From IMG/VR virus record IMGVR_UViG_2675903313_000009: 64,000 nt of DNA. The stretch is one strand, 5' to 3'. The notes under the pieces were generated by a model that was not told the origin of the DNA, did not search any database, and worked only from the letters and a program-made list of their open reading frames with translations. The DNA is from a virus (lineage: Duplodnaviria > Heunggongvirae > Uroviricota > Caudoviricetes). Position 1 is the first letter of the stretch, and every line of letters begins with the position of its first letter. The position numbers and the translations under genes were made by a program. This document shows, one piece after another, positions 36,885 through 47,562 of this stretch.

Positions 36885-38797
36885 AGTTTTTAAAGCTCCA
36901 GGTTGAGAATTTTATGGCTATCGCCAGCGCGGAGGTCGAGTTAGATCAGCGTGGTTTAGTGCTCATTCAGGGTGTTAATAGTGATGATAGTTCCGCATCA
37001 AGTAATGGCTCTGGAAAGTCAACGCTAATGAATAGCCTGATGTGGTGTCTTTATGGCGAAACAGCTCATGGTGTGAAGGGTGACGATGTGTTGTCTACCG
37101 ACCATGAAAAGAACTGTCGTGTTGCAGTAACCATCGAGGATGAAGGCAAGAGATATGCGATCATTCGTCACCGTAAACACAAAGAGTTCAAAAATCGGCT
37201 TATCGTTCGTGGTGAAGACGGCGATATGACGAAAGGCAAAGATGCGCTGACGCAAGAGTTCGTCGAGCGTCTGATCGGTGCATCTAAAGAGGTTTTCATG
37301 GCTTCCATCTATGCGAGCCAAGAAGCTATGCCAGATTTACCTGGAATGTCCGACAAAAACCTCAAAACCATCGTAGAAGAAGCCGCTGGCGTTGACAGAC
37401 TGACACGCGCCTACGCTATTGCTCGTGAGCGAGCTAATGCAGCTGCCGCACGTATGGATGTGGTTAAAACCAAATTGGAGTCGACAATCTCGACCATTGA
37501 GGCAACACAGTCAGAAATTGAGTCAGCGAAAGCCTCCTCTGAATCATGGGAGCAAGAGCGTTCTAAACGTTATGACGATGCCCTGGCTGGGCTGGCCAGT
37601 GCCGAAGTTGAGTTAACGGAAGTTGAACTTGAGATCCGCACTCTTCCCGAACAGATCCGTGATACCGAGAAGGCAATCGAAAGTGAGCGCAAAAAGTTAG
37701 CCTCAAAAGAAGAACATGACGCCAAGTTGCTCAAAGTTCGTGGTGCGATAACTGATATTCGGGCAAGCATCAAAGCTACAGAAAATAGTCAGGCTGATGC
37801 AATGAACCGCGCGCGTAATTTTAAGACCAAAGCAGAAGAGGTTGGTACTAAAGTGGGATCACCATGCCCTACTTGTGGCAAAGCCTACTGCGAAGAAGAT
37901 CTATCAACGGTGAAGGAGAATTTCATTGAACAAGCACGTCAGGAAATTGGTCAGGCGAAGACACTTGCAGAGGCAATGGCTAAACACAAAACGAATCTTG
38001 AGAAAGCGTTAAGCATTGAGTCTGCCCTTGTTAAAACGACACCTGATGTAACGGCTATCATTGCCCGGATTGAAGAGCTTACGAAACAACTCTCATCTTT
38101 GCGTCATCGTGAGAAGGAGGTTGTTGCTATTGAGTCTCTTGTGACTCGTGCTCGTACTGAGGTCGATCGTATATCAAAAGAGATTAATCCGTTTATTGCT
38201 CTTATCGCCAGACACGAAGATAACCTGGTATCCAGTAAGTCTACCTTCAAGTCCTTAAAAGATGAGTTGAAGGCTATTCAGGAACAAACGTTGCTATTGG
38301 AAAAAGCTCGTCAGGTCTACTCTCCTGCCGGGGTGCGTTCTCATATTTTGACGTCTGTTACGCCTTTCCTGAATACACGCACTGCCGAGTATCTCAATAC
38401 GTTGTCTGACGGGAATATTACTGCTGAGTGGTCGACGATGGATGTCACTAAAAAAGGTGAGTATCGCGACAAATTCAACATTAGTGTGCAGAAGAAAGGT
38501 TCAAGTAAGTCGTTCCAGACCCTCTCTGGTGGTGAGAAGCGGAAGGTTCGCATTGCGTGTTCTTTGGCATTGCAGGATCTGGTTAGCAACCGGGCGAGTA
38601 AAAACATCGATTTGTTTATCGGCGACGAAATTGACGATGCACTCGATACAGCCGGTCTTGAACGCCTCATGGGTATTCTGGAGTCCAAAGCTCGCGAGCG
38701 AGGTACTGTGCTGATTATCTCCCATAAAGAGATGAAGTCATGGTTCCGGGAAACTATTACGCTGGAAGTTAAAGAGGGGCGCAGCTATGTCGTTTAA
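36881..38797 (+). CDS. Rad50/SbcC-like ATPase
   Basis: Walker A GSGKST, long coiled-coil with CxxC zinc hook (CPTCGKAYC), ABC signature LSGGEKRK, Walker B LFIGDEIDD. Confidence 0.9.
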   Translation: MKFLKLQVENFMAIASAEVELDQRGLVLIQGVNSDDSSASSNGSGKSTLMNSLMWCLYGETAHGVKGDDVLSTDHEKNCRVAVTIEDEGKRYAIIRHRKHKEFKNRLIVRGEDGDMTKGKDALTQEFVERLIGASKEVFMASIYASQEAMPDLPGMSDKNLKTIVEEAAGVDRLTRAYAIARERANAAAARMDVVKTKLESTISTIEATQSEIESAKASSESWEQERSKRYDDALAGLASAEVELTEVELEIRTLPEQIRDTEKAIESERKKLASKEEHDAKLLKVRGAITDIRASIKATENSQADAMNRARNFKTKAEEVGTKVGSPCPTCGKAYCEEDLSTVKENFIEQARQEIGQAKTLAEAMAKHKTNLEKALSIESALVKTTPDVTAIIARIEELTKQLSSLRHREKEVVAIESLVTRARTEVDRISKEINPFIALIARHEDNLVSSKSTFKSLKDELKAIQEQTLLLEKARQVYSPAGVRSHILTSVTPFLNTRTAEYLNTLSDGNITAEWSTMDVTKKGEYRDKFNISVQKKGSSKSFQTLSGGEKRKVRIACSLALQDLVSNRASKNIDLFIGDEIDDALDTAGLERLMGILESKARERGTVLIISHKEMKSWFRETITLEVKEGRSYVV

Positions 38798-39530
38798 ATT
38801 AAGTCGCTCGCAGTTTTTGCAGGTATTTGCAGTGATGCAGTCGATAAAACTGATCAATGGGCATACTTCCAATGGTGCGGCTCCACGTATTCTGTGGGGC
38901 AGCAACAATATTGACGGAGTACAATTCGCCGCGTTGCTTGGTCTAATATCCGAGACGCCATTGATGCAAAGTTTGAAATCACTACCACCTGGATGTATTG
39001 CGCCGATCCTGATTAATCCTTTTGTTGAGGGGGGATATCTTCCCAACGTCGGGCCTGGGTTTATTGCATCCCATGAAACTGAAGATCTTAACATTAATAG
39101 CGAAGGGTTCTTTGGGGGAATGGGTGCGCATCACTGTATGGCTTTCACGAACCTTATTCGACTTGCCAATAAGCGGGTGGATAGTTTGGCATCGCCAGGT
39201 GATGCTTTTACTGGTTTCCTTATCCAAAGGAGGGATAAAAAGTACAGTGCGGACAAACTACAGTTTGTTGGTAAGTATGGAGAAATGGTAGAAATCGAAC
39301 TTCAGCTCCCTCATGTTTTAGCAAACGATAGTGCAGACAGTCGGAGGCTGTTGGGCATCATGCGTCATTTCATAGCAAGTGGTGTTAAACATGCCGCAGA
39401 TAAACGTGTCACGCAGGAAAATGAGTATTCAGACTTTGCAAACTATCCCCAACCAACGTTGCAAACGGCAATAGTAGCCAATTCGTTGGAGGCGAGATTA
39501 TTGGAAAACCCTATATGGGGAACATGGTAA
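38787..39530 (+). CDS. hypothetical protein
   Basis: 247-codon ORF overlapping the sbcC-like stop. Confidence 0.5.
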   Translation: MSFKLSRSQFLQVFAVMQSIKLINGHTSNGAAPRILWGSNNIDGVQFAALLGLISETPLMQSLKSLPPGCIAPILINPFVEGGYLPNVGPGFIASHETEDLNINSEGFFGGMGAHHCMAFTNLIRLANKRVDSLASPGDAFTGFLIQRRDKKYSADKLQFVGKYGEMVEIELQLPHVLANDSADSRRLLGIMRHFIASGVKHAADKRVTQENEYSDFANYPQPTLQTAIVANSLEARLLENPIWGTW

Positions 39531-39539
39531 GGAGACTAT

Positions 39540-40109
39540 ATGAGTAAAAAAATCAGCGTAGTTGGTGTTGATCCCTCAATGAGCAACTTTGGGCTTGCTG
39601 TGGGCACTTTAGACCTTGAGACGGACGAACTTGAGATTCACGGCCTTACTCTTGTTGAGACTAAAGCGGGGAGTAACAAAAAGACCGTTCGTGTGAACAG
39701 TGACGATCTGCGCCGAGCCAGTGAAATATGGCGTGTTGCGAAGCCAATCATTGATAAGGCAAATATGGTTTTTTGTGAGCTACCGGTTGGGAGCCAAAAC
39801 TCTCGTTCGCAGACGTCTTACGGTATTTGTATCGGTGTACTTGCGTGTGTGGATAAGCCATTGATCCAGGTTACTCCAAACGAAATCAAGCATTTTGTCG
39901 GCAATAAACTTACTACATCGAAAGAAGAGATTATCCAGTGGGCTACGAAAAAACACCCTAAAGCACCGTGGCTGCGTCGTAAGCAATCTGGACAGGATGT
40001 TCTCGTGAACAAAAACGAACATTTGGCTGATGCGGTGGCTGCCATCCATACCGGTATGCAAACAGATCAGTTCCGCCAGGTGCGCGATGTTCTTAAGTCT
40101 CTCATTTGA
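39540..40109 (+). CDS. RuvC-like Holliday junction resolvase
   Basis: N-terminal VVGVDPSMSNFGLAV and C-terminal EHLADAVAAIH resembling RuvC catalytic motifs. Confidence 0.55.
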   Translation: MSKKISVVGVDPSMSNFGLAVGTLDLETDELEIHGLTLVETKAGSNKKTVRVNSDDLRRASEIWRVAKPIIDKANMVFCELPVGSQNSRSQTSYGICIGVLACVDKPLIQVTPNEIKHFVGNKLTTSKEEIIQWATKKHPKAPWLRRKQSGQDVLVNKNEHLADAVAAIHTGMQTDQFRQVRDVLKSLI

Positions 40110-40121
40110 TTTCATTGATAG

Positions 40122-40135
40122 GTAAGTGCTTATCT
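40122..40135. promoter_or_regulatory. O2 operator-like motif GGTAAGTGCTTATC within a sigma70-like promoter upstream of nrdA
   Basis: TTGATA-aggtaagtgcttatctat-TAACAT; 13 of 14 identical to the motif in the repressor promoter; followed by a hairpin (40142-40165). Confidence 0.45.
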
Positions 40136-40182
40136 ATTAACATGGGCCACTATATTTAGTGGCCCTCTTTATTTGGTGATAC

Positions 40183-42498
40183 ATGATAAGCATCGTAAAA
40201 CGTAACGGCCAAACAGAGCCGTTATCCGAAGAAAAATACAACCGCGTCGTAATGTATGGCGTAGAAGGCATTCGTGGTGTAAGCGCATCCGCTGTAGCAA
40301 TGGGAGCTGCGGCCAGCATTTTTGATGGGATTACCACCAGCCAGTTGCATGAGGCTTTGGTTAAATCTGCCGCTGATTTGATCTCACCAGAAGCACCAAA
40401 TTACTCACAGGTGGCTGCCCGCCTGAACATTTTTAAAATCCGCAAAGATGCCTTCGGTCGTTACGACTATCCGAACTTCTACCAACACATTGTCAAGAAC
40501 GTTAACAAGGGCGTTTATGACAAGGATTTGCTGACACATTATTCGTTTGAAGAGATCGAAGAACTCGGCAATTACATTAAGCCGAAACGTGACGATCTTT
40601 TTGGCTATGCAGCTACGGTGCAGTTGCAAAGCAAATACCTCGTTCAAAACCGTGTTACTGGTGAGATTCATGAGGGGCCGCAACATATCTATATGCTGGT
40701 AGGCATGTGTCTGTTCCAGAATTGGGAAGACGACTGCGCTGGCAAAACACGTATGGAGATGGTCAAAGGTTTCTATGACGTTACAAGTACGTTCAAACTG
40801 TCTCTGCCCACACCAATCATGGCCGGCGTCCGTACTCCAACCCGTCAGTTCTCCAGTTGTGTGCTGATTGAGTCTGGCGATAGTCTGAAAGGGATTAGTG
40901 CAGCTTCAGCCGCAATTATCGACTACGTTTCACGTCGTGCTGGAATTGGTATTGGTTTTGGCCGTATCCGTGCGCTGGGCAGCGAGATCCGCAATGGTGA
41001 AGCCACCCATACCGGAGTTATTCCATTCCTGAAGCATTTCCAGACGGCTGTTAAATCTTGTTCGCAAGGTGGTGTTCGTGGTGGCGCAGCAACAGCGTTT
41101 TACCCGATCTGGCATCTTGAAGTTGAAAGTCTGCTGGTGGTGAAAAATAACCGTGGTATTGATGAAAACCGCGTTCGCCATCTTGATTACGGCGTCATGA
41201 GTAACCGTCTAATGTACCGTCGACTCGTCAGAAGCGAGAACATCACTCTGTTCAGCCCGCATGATGTGCCTGATATGTACGAAGCCTTCTTCACAGACCA
41301 GGAGCTGTTTGAAAAGCTGTACCATAAATACGAAGCCGATGATTCAATTCGCAAGAAGTCAGTACCTGCCATTGAGCTGTTCTCATCTCTGATGCAGGAA
41401 CGAGCGTCCACGGGCCGAATTTATATTGCGAACGTCGATCATATTAATGAGCATGGCGCTTTCATTCCTGCTCTTGCACCTGTCCGCCAGTCAAACCTGT
41501 GTATGGAGATCACCCTACCCACCCGTCCACTGGCATTTACCGACGACCCGAACGGTGAGATCGCGCTATGCACTTTATCCGCTTTTAACCTCGGAGCCAT
41601 CCGTTCACTGGAGTCTCTTAAAGAGGTGGCGTTCTATGCCGTTGCTGCACTGGATTCGTTACTGGATTATCAAGACTATCCGATGGAGGCAGCCGAAGTG
41701 CCTGCCAAAGCTCGTCGTAGCTTGGGAATTGGTGTAACCAACTTTGCTTATTACCTGGCAAAGAATGGCGTTCGTTATTCTGATACCGCTGGCAATAAAC
41801 TGGTGCATGAAACGTTCGAAGCTATCCAGTATTACCTTCTTGATGCCAGCTGCCGACTTGCCGAAGCAAAAGGTGAGTGTGACTGGTTTGAGCAGACCAA
41901 ATACGCAATTGGTCAGTTGCCGATCGACCATTACCGTTCTTCATTAGACGAAAGTGGCGAAACAAACTTTGAGTTAAAGATGCCGTGGGAAGAACTGCGT
42001 GAACGTATTGCAAAATACGGCCTTCGCAACTCCACACTGACGGCACAAATGCCATGCGAGACTTCCAGCCAGATCACTAATTCCACCAACGGCATCGAAC
42101 CGCCTCGTGGCCCGGTGTCAGTGAAATCTTCTAAGGACGGCATCGTCAAGATGGTCGTGCCTGAGTTTGAAAAACTGAAGGAACAGTATGAATACCTGTG
42201 GGATATGCCGGACAACCGCGGCTATCTGACAAAGGTGGCGATCATCCAGAAGTTCTTTGACCAGGCTATTTCGGCCAATACCAACTATGACCCTTCTCGC
42301 TTTGAAGGCGATAAAGTCCCAATGATGACGCTACTGTCAGATTTGCTTCTCGCCTACAAGATGGGAGTTAAAACGCTTTACTACCACAACACCAGAGATG
42401 GTGCAGGAAAGCGTGATGACGACGAACCGCAGAATCCACTGGCGCAAGCTGTAGCCGTCGAGCCAGAAGATGAGTGCGACGGAGCCTGCAAAATCTGA
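40183..42498 (+). CDS. nrdA: ribonucleotide reductase class Ia alpha subunit
   Basis: 771 aa; N-terminal ATP-cone, catalytic core, C-terminal redox tail ending ECDGACKI. Confidence 0.95.
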   Translation: MISIVKRNGQTEPLSEEKYNRVVMYGVEGIRGVSASAVAMGAAASIFDGITTSQLHEALVKSAADLISPEAPNYSQVAARLNIFKIRKDAFGRYDYPNFYQHIVKNVNKGVYDKDLLTHYSFEEIEELGNYIKPKRDDLFGYAATVQLQSKYLVQNRVTGEIHEGPQHIYMLVGMCLFQNWEDDCAGKTRMEMVKGFYDVTSTFKLSLPTPIMAGVRTPTRQFSSCVLIESGDSLKGISAASAAIIDYVSRRAGIGIGFGRIRALGSEIRNGEATHTGVIPFLKHFQTAVKSCSQGGVRGGAATAFYPIWHLEVESLLVVKNNRGIDENRVRHLDYGVMSNRLMYRRLVRSENITLFSPHDVPDMYEAFFTDQELFEKLYHKYEADDSIRKKSVPAIELFSSLMQERASTGRIYIANVDHINEHGAFIPALAPVRQSNLCMEITLPTRPLAFTDDPNGEIALCTLSAFNLGAIRSLESLKEVAFYAVAALDSLLDYQDYPMEAAEVPAKARRSLGIGVTNFAYYLAKNGVRYSDTAGNKLVHETFEAIQYYLLDASCRLAEAKGECDWFEQTKYAIGQLPIDHYRSSLDESGETNFELKMPWEELRERIAKYGLRNSTLTAQMPCETSSQITNSTNGIEPPRGPVSVKSSKDGIVKMVVPEFEKLKEQYEYLWDMPDNRGYLTKVAIIQKFFDQAISANTNYDPSRFEGDKVPMMTLLSDLLLAYKMGVKTLYYHNTRDGAGKRDDDEPQNPLAQAVAVEPEDECDGACKI

Positions 42499-42561
42499 CA
42501 TATGGTGGGGGATATCCCCACCTTCTCTTTGATTTGTAAGCCTTGTTTAAACACATAAGAT

Positions 42562-42573
42562 AACAACTTGTTT
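42562..42573. promoter_or_regulatory. O1 dyad motif (candidate operator) upstream of nrdB
   Basis: gataacaacttgtttaaacg about 30 bp upstream of the ATG at 42605. Confidence 0.45.
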
Positions 42574-42604
42574 AAACGCACCAAAAAAGAAAAAGGAAAA
42601 ACAC

Positions 42605-43747
42605 ATGTCATATTCAACGTTCCGTTTGGGTGCTAATGATGCAACCAAAGAGCCTATGTTCCTCGGACAATCTGTCAACGTGGCACGTTACGATCAGCAA
42701 AAATACCGTGATTTTGAAAAGTTGATTGAACGTCAATTGTCTTTCTTCTGGCGGCCGGAAGAAGTTGATATTTCGAGCGATCGTATCGACTTCAACACGA
42801 AGCTGCGGGACCACGAACGTCACATTTTTCTGAGCAATCTCCGTTATCAAACGTTACTCGATTCAGTTCAGGGACGTAGCCCAAATGCAACGCTGCTGCC
42901 GCTTATCTCTATTCCTGAACTGGAAACGTGGGTTGAAACGTGGTCTTTCTCTGAGACTATCCATAGCCGCAGCTACACCCACATTATTCGTGGCATGGTG
43001 GACGATCCGAGCATTGTTTTTGACGGTATTGTTACGGATGAAGAAATCATCAACCGAGCGATCAGTATCTCTGCTGAATATGACAGGCTTTATGGGATGA
43101 CCTGCGAGCGCCAGTCGTTAGGTGAGAAGGAATTTGAGCGTCTGTACGTAAATGAATATGGCTGGGAGCCATACCCTTTGCACCGTCAGCTTTTCCGCAC
43201 ATTGGTGTCCATTAATGCGCTTGAGGCGATCCGTTTCTATGTAAGTTTTGCATGTACTTTTGCCTTTGGCGAACGGAAGTTGCTTGAGGGTAACACCAAA
43301 ATTATGCGCTTTATTGCCCGTGATGAAGCTCTGCATTGCGAAGGAACTGAACGCATGATCCGCTTCATGCGTACCGGTCGCGAAGGTTTATTGTGGAAAG
43401 AGATTGCTGCTGATGAAGAAAACGTCATTTACGACACCATGAAATCAGTCGCCGAACAAGAAATGAACTGGGCAGACTATCTCTTCAAAGATGGTTCGAT
43501 GATTGGTTTAAACGCGGATATTCTCAAAACGTATGTAAAATACCGCACCAATCTGGCTATGAATCGTCTTGGCCTGAAGGCTTTATTTCCAGAAGTTACC
43601 ACTGATCCGCTGGTCTGGATGAACAAGTGGTTGTTAACCGACACACTGCAAATTGCACCACAAGAGGCAGAGCAAAGCACATATCTGGTAGGTCAGATCG
43701 ATTCTACCGTGGATAAGGCTTCTCTAAGCCAGTTTGCAGACCTGTAA
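42605..43747 (+). CDS. nrdB: ribonucleotide reductase class Ia beta subunit
   Basis: 380 aa; near-colinear with E. coli NrdB ([45 protein letters not shown]). Confidence 0.95.
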   Translation: MSYSTFRLGANDATKEPMFLGQSVNVARYDQQKYRDFEKLIERQLSFFWRPEEVDISSDRIDFNTKLRDHERHIFLSNLRYQTLLDSVQGRSPNATLLPLISIPELETWVETWSFSETIHSRSYTHIIRGMVDDPSIVFDGIVTDEEIINRAISISAEYDRLYGMTCERQSLGEKEFERLYVNEYGWEPYPLHRQLFRTLVSINALEAIRFYVSFACTFAFGERKLLEGNTKIMRFIARDEALHCEGTERMIRFMRTGREGLLWKEIAADEENVIYDTMKSVAEQEMNWADYLFKDGSMIGLNADILKTYVKYRTNLAMNRLGLKALFPEVTTDPLVWMNKWLLTDTLQIAPQEAEQSTYLVGQIDSTVDKASLSQFADL

Positions 43748-43824
43748 ACCGATACAAAGCATTATGTGGCCTGGCAACGCTGGGCCACAATGGATCACAA
43801 GAATTAAGAAGGAACAAAACTAGC

Positions 43825-44694
43825 ATGAACTTTACCAAACTGACTGACCACCTGAAACTTGCCACCGATCGACTCATTGGATTTAAGCCAGAACCATATG
43901 AGTTGCATGAAGGCCATGGTGTAGCCACTGAAAGTATTTACAAGATGGTCGATCAGTTTCATGAACTCTTCCAGCATCCGAGACGCGTTATGCCGACACC
44001 AGAGCTGCTTCGTCTCCGTGCAAGCCTGATTCATGAAGAAGCTGTAGTGGAAGGTATTCCAGCCGCAATGAATGGGGATATTGAGCAACTGCTGGATGCA
44101 ATGGCCGACTTTTTATACGTTGGTGTTGGTACGATGGTCGCCATCAAAGGTGGTATTTCTACCGGCATGACTTATTACACGCAGGAACAGAGCATTGATC
44201 GCTTTATGCAGACAATTTTTGTGCCTGGTAACACTGTTTTCGATGATATGGCAATGCCATTTCAGGAAGCTCGTGAGGCGTCATGTATGCTCGAAGAGCT
44301 GGCAGATAAACTTGAGAACAAGACTGTTAAGGATTCTGAGCTGATTCAGGAACTGCGCCGTGTAATGAACAAAATCTATGTGGCGTGCATGATGACCTAT
44401 CGACTGGCTGATTTCCTCGGTATCAATGTCGTCGAGCTGGTTGGCGAAATTCATCGGTCCAACATGACAAAATTATGGCCTGCAGATGCCAAAGAGCGTC
44501 GCCATGCTGTGGCCAACTGCAAATACGACTCTTCTGACCTGGGATTTCGCCATGCTGATGGCACCGATAAGATGATCGGTTTTCGAATTTCCGATGGAAA
44601 GATTCTGAAGTCTCCAACCTATAGTGATGTCGATTTATCCTCCTTTGTTGAGCAAGCTAAAGCCTCAGCAATGTACGGAATGATCAAAAAATAA
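43825..44694 (+). CDS. MazG-like all-alpha nucleotide pyrophosphohydrolase (putative)
   Basis: E-x-x-E ... E-x-x-D pattern (HEEAVVE ... EQLLDAMAD) in the N-terminal half; located inside the nucleotide-metabolism operon. Confidence 0.4.
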   Translation: MNFTKLTDHLKLATDRLIGFKPEPYELHEGHGVATESIYKMVDQFHELFQHPRRVMPTPELLRLRASLIHEEAVVEGIPAAMNGDIEQLLDAMADFLYVGVGTMVAIKGGISTGMTYYTQEQSIDRFMQTIFVPGNTVFDDMAMPFQEAREASCMLEELADKLENKTVKDSELIQELRRVMNKIYVACMMTYRLADFLGINVVELVGEIHRSNMTKLWPADAKERRHAVANCKYDSSDLGFRHADGTDKMIGFRISDGKILKSPTYSDVDLSSFVEQAKASAMYGMIKK

Positions 44695-44865
44695 TTGTAG
44701 GTAGTTATCTATCTGTGTATATTGCGTTGGCGCGTTAAATTTCTGAAACAACTATTCGTTTTTGGTGGCCTGTGGCCACCATTTTTTTATCTATCTGGTC
44801 TTGTTCTCTCAATAAATGTAAACTCACACAATGAATAAGTGATTACTTATCTTTGTGAGGTTTTT

Positions 44866-45969
44866 GTGTCACTCCTTTTGAATCGTGAGCATACGAACGG
44901 TCAGGTAACAAACGCATCGTATGCAAAAGTTATTGAGACGGTGCTTAAAAGCGGCGTGCAGGCTGATGATCGCACAGGCACTGGTACTTTAAGCACCTGC
45001 TACGTTCCCTCTTACTACATGCTTACTGGTGGGACTGTGCCGCTTATTTCTGGAAAGGCGGTAAATCTTAAGCCACTACTTGTCGAACTTGAGTGGTATC
45101 TGAAAGGCACGGGCAACATCCAATTTCTCAAGGATAACGGCGTTAAGATTTGGGATGCATGGGCCGATGAGAATGGCGATTTGGGGCCGGTTTACGGTAA
45201 GCAGTGGCGTCGATGGGAAGATACCCGCATCGTGAGCCATAGTGAATATCTGAGCAAGATCGATACTTTCCGTGAACGCGGGTACAAAGTCGAGGGATAC
45301 CTGGGTATCAGTGAAGATCGCGTAGTGCTGTCCCGTGAAATCGATCAGCTACAGCGTATTGTCGATACACTGCGCACGAACCCTACCGATCGTCGCATCA
45401 TGCTTAACGCATGGAACGTAGGCGAGCTTGAGGATATGAAACTGCCACCTTGCCACTTTGTCTTCTCTTTGTGGAGTCGTGAGCTTGATTTTGAAACCCG
45501 TTTAACGATGGCAACTGACATTGGTCTTCAACACAGTCGCCTCGGTTATGAGTCTATCTACACCAAGATGCTATACGATCTGGAGATGGACGGCAGTGTT
45601 ACTGAAACTGAACTGGATGAACTTGGAATCCCCAAACGCATCCTCAACTCCTGCCTCGTACAGCGTAGCGTAGACACTTTTGTTGGTATGCCATTCAATA
45701 TTGCTGGCTATGGCATTCTCACTCATTTTCTCGCGAAGATTACGGGTCACATGGCCGGTGCATTTGTGCATTTTGGCTTTGACGTGCATTTGTACAACAA
45801 CCACATGGAAGGTGTGTGTGAGCTAATGCAACGACAGGCTCCAGAGCATTCAGATCCGGTCGTTATATTCCCTAATGAATGGTCTGAGCTGGATGATTTC
45901 AAATGGGACGAGATTCTTATTCTTGGCTATGCCCCTCTACCGTGGATCAAGGTTCCAGTGGCGGTGTGA
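44866..45969 (+). CDS. thyA: thymidylate synthase (ThyA family) with two lineage-specific insertions
   Basis: DRTGTGT, WADENGDLGPVYGKQWR, catalytic LPPCH, FNIAGYGIL, YNNH; GTG start with GAGG upstream; ORF open from 44839. Confidence 0.85.
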   Translation: MSLLLNREHTNGQVTNASYAKVIETVLKSGVQADDRTGTGTLSTCYVPSYYMLTGGTVPLISGKAVNLKPLLVELEWYLKGTGNIQFLKDNGVKIWDAWADENGDLGPVYGKQWRRWEDTRIVSHSEYLSKIDTFRERGYKVEGYLGISEDRVVLSREIDQLQRIVDTLRTNPTDRRIMLNAWNVGELEDMKLPPCHFVFSLWSRELDFETRLTMATDIGLQHSRLGYESIYTKMLYDLEMDGSVTETELDELGIPKRILNSCLVQRSVDTFVGMPFNIAGYGILTHFLAKITGHMAGAFVHFGFDVHLYNNHMEGVCELMQRQAPEHSDPVVIFPNEWSELDDFKWDEILILGYAPLPWIKVPVAV

Positions 45970-45970
45970 T

Positions 45971-46384
45971 ATGGCAAGAGGTATGTATGTCTTATGCGAA
46001 ATTGAAGGTGTGCTGGCAAATACCAGCCATCGTAAATCTGTATCTGACTCGGATGCAGGCCAATTCATTGCCGGTGATGAACTCATTTTCCCCACCAGCC
46101 GTATGTTGCGTGGTTTTGCTCGCTCAGGGGCTGAAGTGGTGCTTATCAGTAGCCGCTCTGAAACTCTTGAAGCGCCCACTAAACGATGGCTGAAAGATTT
46201 TGGTGTTGATTACGACTGGCTTCATCTCGTACCGAATAGCACTAGTTATGAGAAGCATATTAAGCGCACATTAGCGGAGCATAAAGGCGATCTGCTTATC
46301 GCTGCGCTGGTGCACGATCCTCGACTCCGTGCCGCTTTAGCTGACTCTCATCATAGACCGGTCATCTATGAGGTGAGCATATGA
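45971..46384 (+). CDS. hypothetical protein
   Basis: 137 aa; ATG one base after the thyA stop; ORF open from 45875. Confidence 0.45.
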   Translation: MARGMYVLCEIEGVLANTSHRKSVSDSDAGQFIAGDELIFPTSRMLRGFARSGAEVVLISSRSETLEAPTKRWLKDFGVDYDWLHLVPNSTSYEKHIKRTLAEHKGDLLIAALVHDPRLRAALADSHHRPVIYEVSI

Positions 46385-46857
46385 AGATGATAGCTGCTGT
46401 TGGCCGTAACTATGAGATCGGCATAGCGAACGAACTGCCCTGGCGTTGTTCTACCGATCTGAAGCTATTTAAGAGACTCACCAAAAACGCCACTGTCGTT
46501 ATGGGGCGTAAAACGATGGAAAGTCTCAAACGCCCTCTTCCAGAGCGTCATAACCTCGTTTTGACGCGCTCGCATGGCTTTGTACCAAATGGATTCTACC
46601 CTGCTGGTGTGGATGATGTGCTACGATTACCAGAGCCTGTGTGGGTGATTGGCGGGGAACAAATTTACTCGCTATTCATGCCGCATGTTGAAGAGATTTG
46701 GCTCTCTCACATCGGCGTTGATGTACCAAACGCCGATGCATTCTTCCCGACAAGCATGATGCGTAACTTAGGCTTTGTGCCTGTTGAAACAGTTTTTACC
46801 CAACGAGCCAGCGAGGAAGAGCCTGGCTTTTCGCAGATCGTATACAGAAGGTCGTAA
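46381..46857 (+). CDS. dihydrofolate reductase
   Basis: 158 aa; MIAAVGRNYEIG, LPW, VVMGRKTMESL, VIGGEQIY parallel FolA. Confidence 0.9.
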   Translation: MKMIAAVGRNYEIGIANELPWRCSTDLKLFKRLTKNATVVMGRKTMESLKRPLPERHNLVLTRSHGFVPNGFYPAGVDDVLRLPEPVWVIGGEQIYSLFMPHVEEIWLSHIGVDVPNADAFFPTSMMRNLGFVPVETVFTQRASEEEPGFSQIVYRRS

Positions 46858-47501
46858 TGGATTACCGGATTGGGATCACTGGTGCTCAGGGCAGTGGGAA
46901 AACAACCCTGGCAAAATATATCGACAAACATTACGGAATCCCTTACGTGGATGCTGGGGTCGGAAGTTTGATGAGCCGACTCGGTGTTCGAGTAGGTGAG
47001 TCTATGCCTCTATATGAGCGGCTTCAGATTCAAATGGAAATAGCAAAGCATATAGAGCTACTTACGCGTGGTGTTGAAGGCTTTGTTATCGATCGCACAC
47101 CTGCTGATGTTATGGCCTACACGTTGGATTTGGTCGGCCATACCAATGAAGATCGATGTATTGAGTTAGCCCTCGATATCGAAAAGTTTTGCCACAAAAC
47201 TGCTATTTCAAATTTTAACGCCATTGCTGGCCTACGCCCGGGGGTCGCTCTCTCAGAGCGAGATTACTTGCGGTCACAACGAGCATCATTAGACCGTCTG
47301 TATGTCGCTCGTATTGATGCGTTGATGTGCGGGGAACTGACAAAAATTCACCTGCATCCGCAAAGGGGAGATCTGCAAACCTTCGTCGTTTCCAACCGGT
47401 ATCGCACAGTTGAAGCAAGAGCCAGATCAGTAATGAGAATGCTCGATAACGCGGTAGAAAAGATAGAAAACCGCTTCTGTGGCCGAGTAACCGTTCATTA
47501 G
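46857..47501 (+). CDS. P-loop nucleotide kinase (dNMP-kinase-like)
   Basis: Walker A GITGAQGSGKTT at N-terminus, about 210 aa, within the nucleotide-metabolism operon. Confidence 0.55.
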   Translation: MDYRIGITGAQGSGKTTLAKYIDKHYGIPYVDAGVGSLMSRLGVRVGESMPLYERLQIQMEIAKHIELLTRGVEGFVIDRTPADVMAYTLDLVGHTNEDRCIELALDIEKFCHKTAISNFNAIAGLRPGVALSERDYLRSQRASLDRLYVARIDALMCGELTKIHLHPQRGDLQTFVVSNRYRTVEARARSVMRMLDNAVEKIENRFCGRVTVH

Positions 47502-47562
47502 AAATTGTTCGCCTCTTCGACATTGCGACAATAAAACTCTCAAAATGGGTTAAGGATAAAAA

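Noticed and set aside
44866-45969. Group I intron or intein inside thyA, as in T4 td
   Set aside because: The reading frame is continuous through both insertions with no stop codons, and the inserted segments lack intein terminal residues or intron-like structure; treated as in-frame protein insertions.
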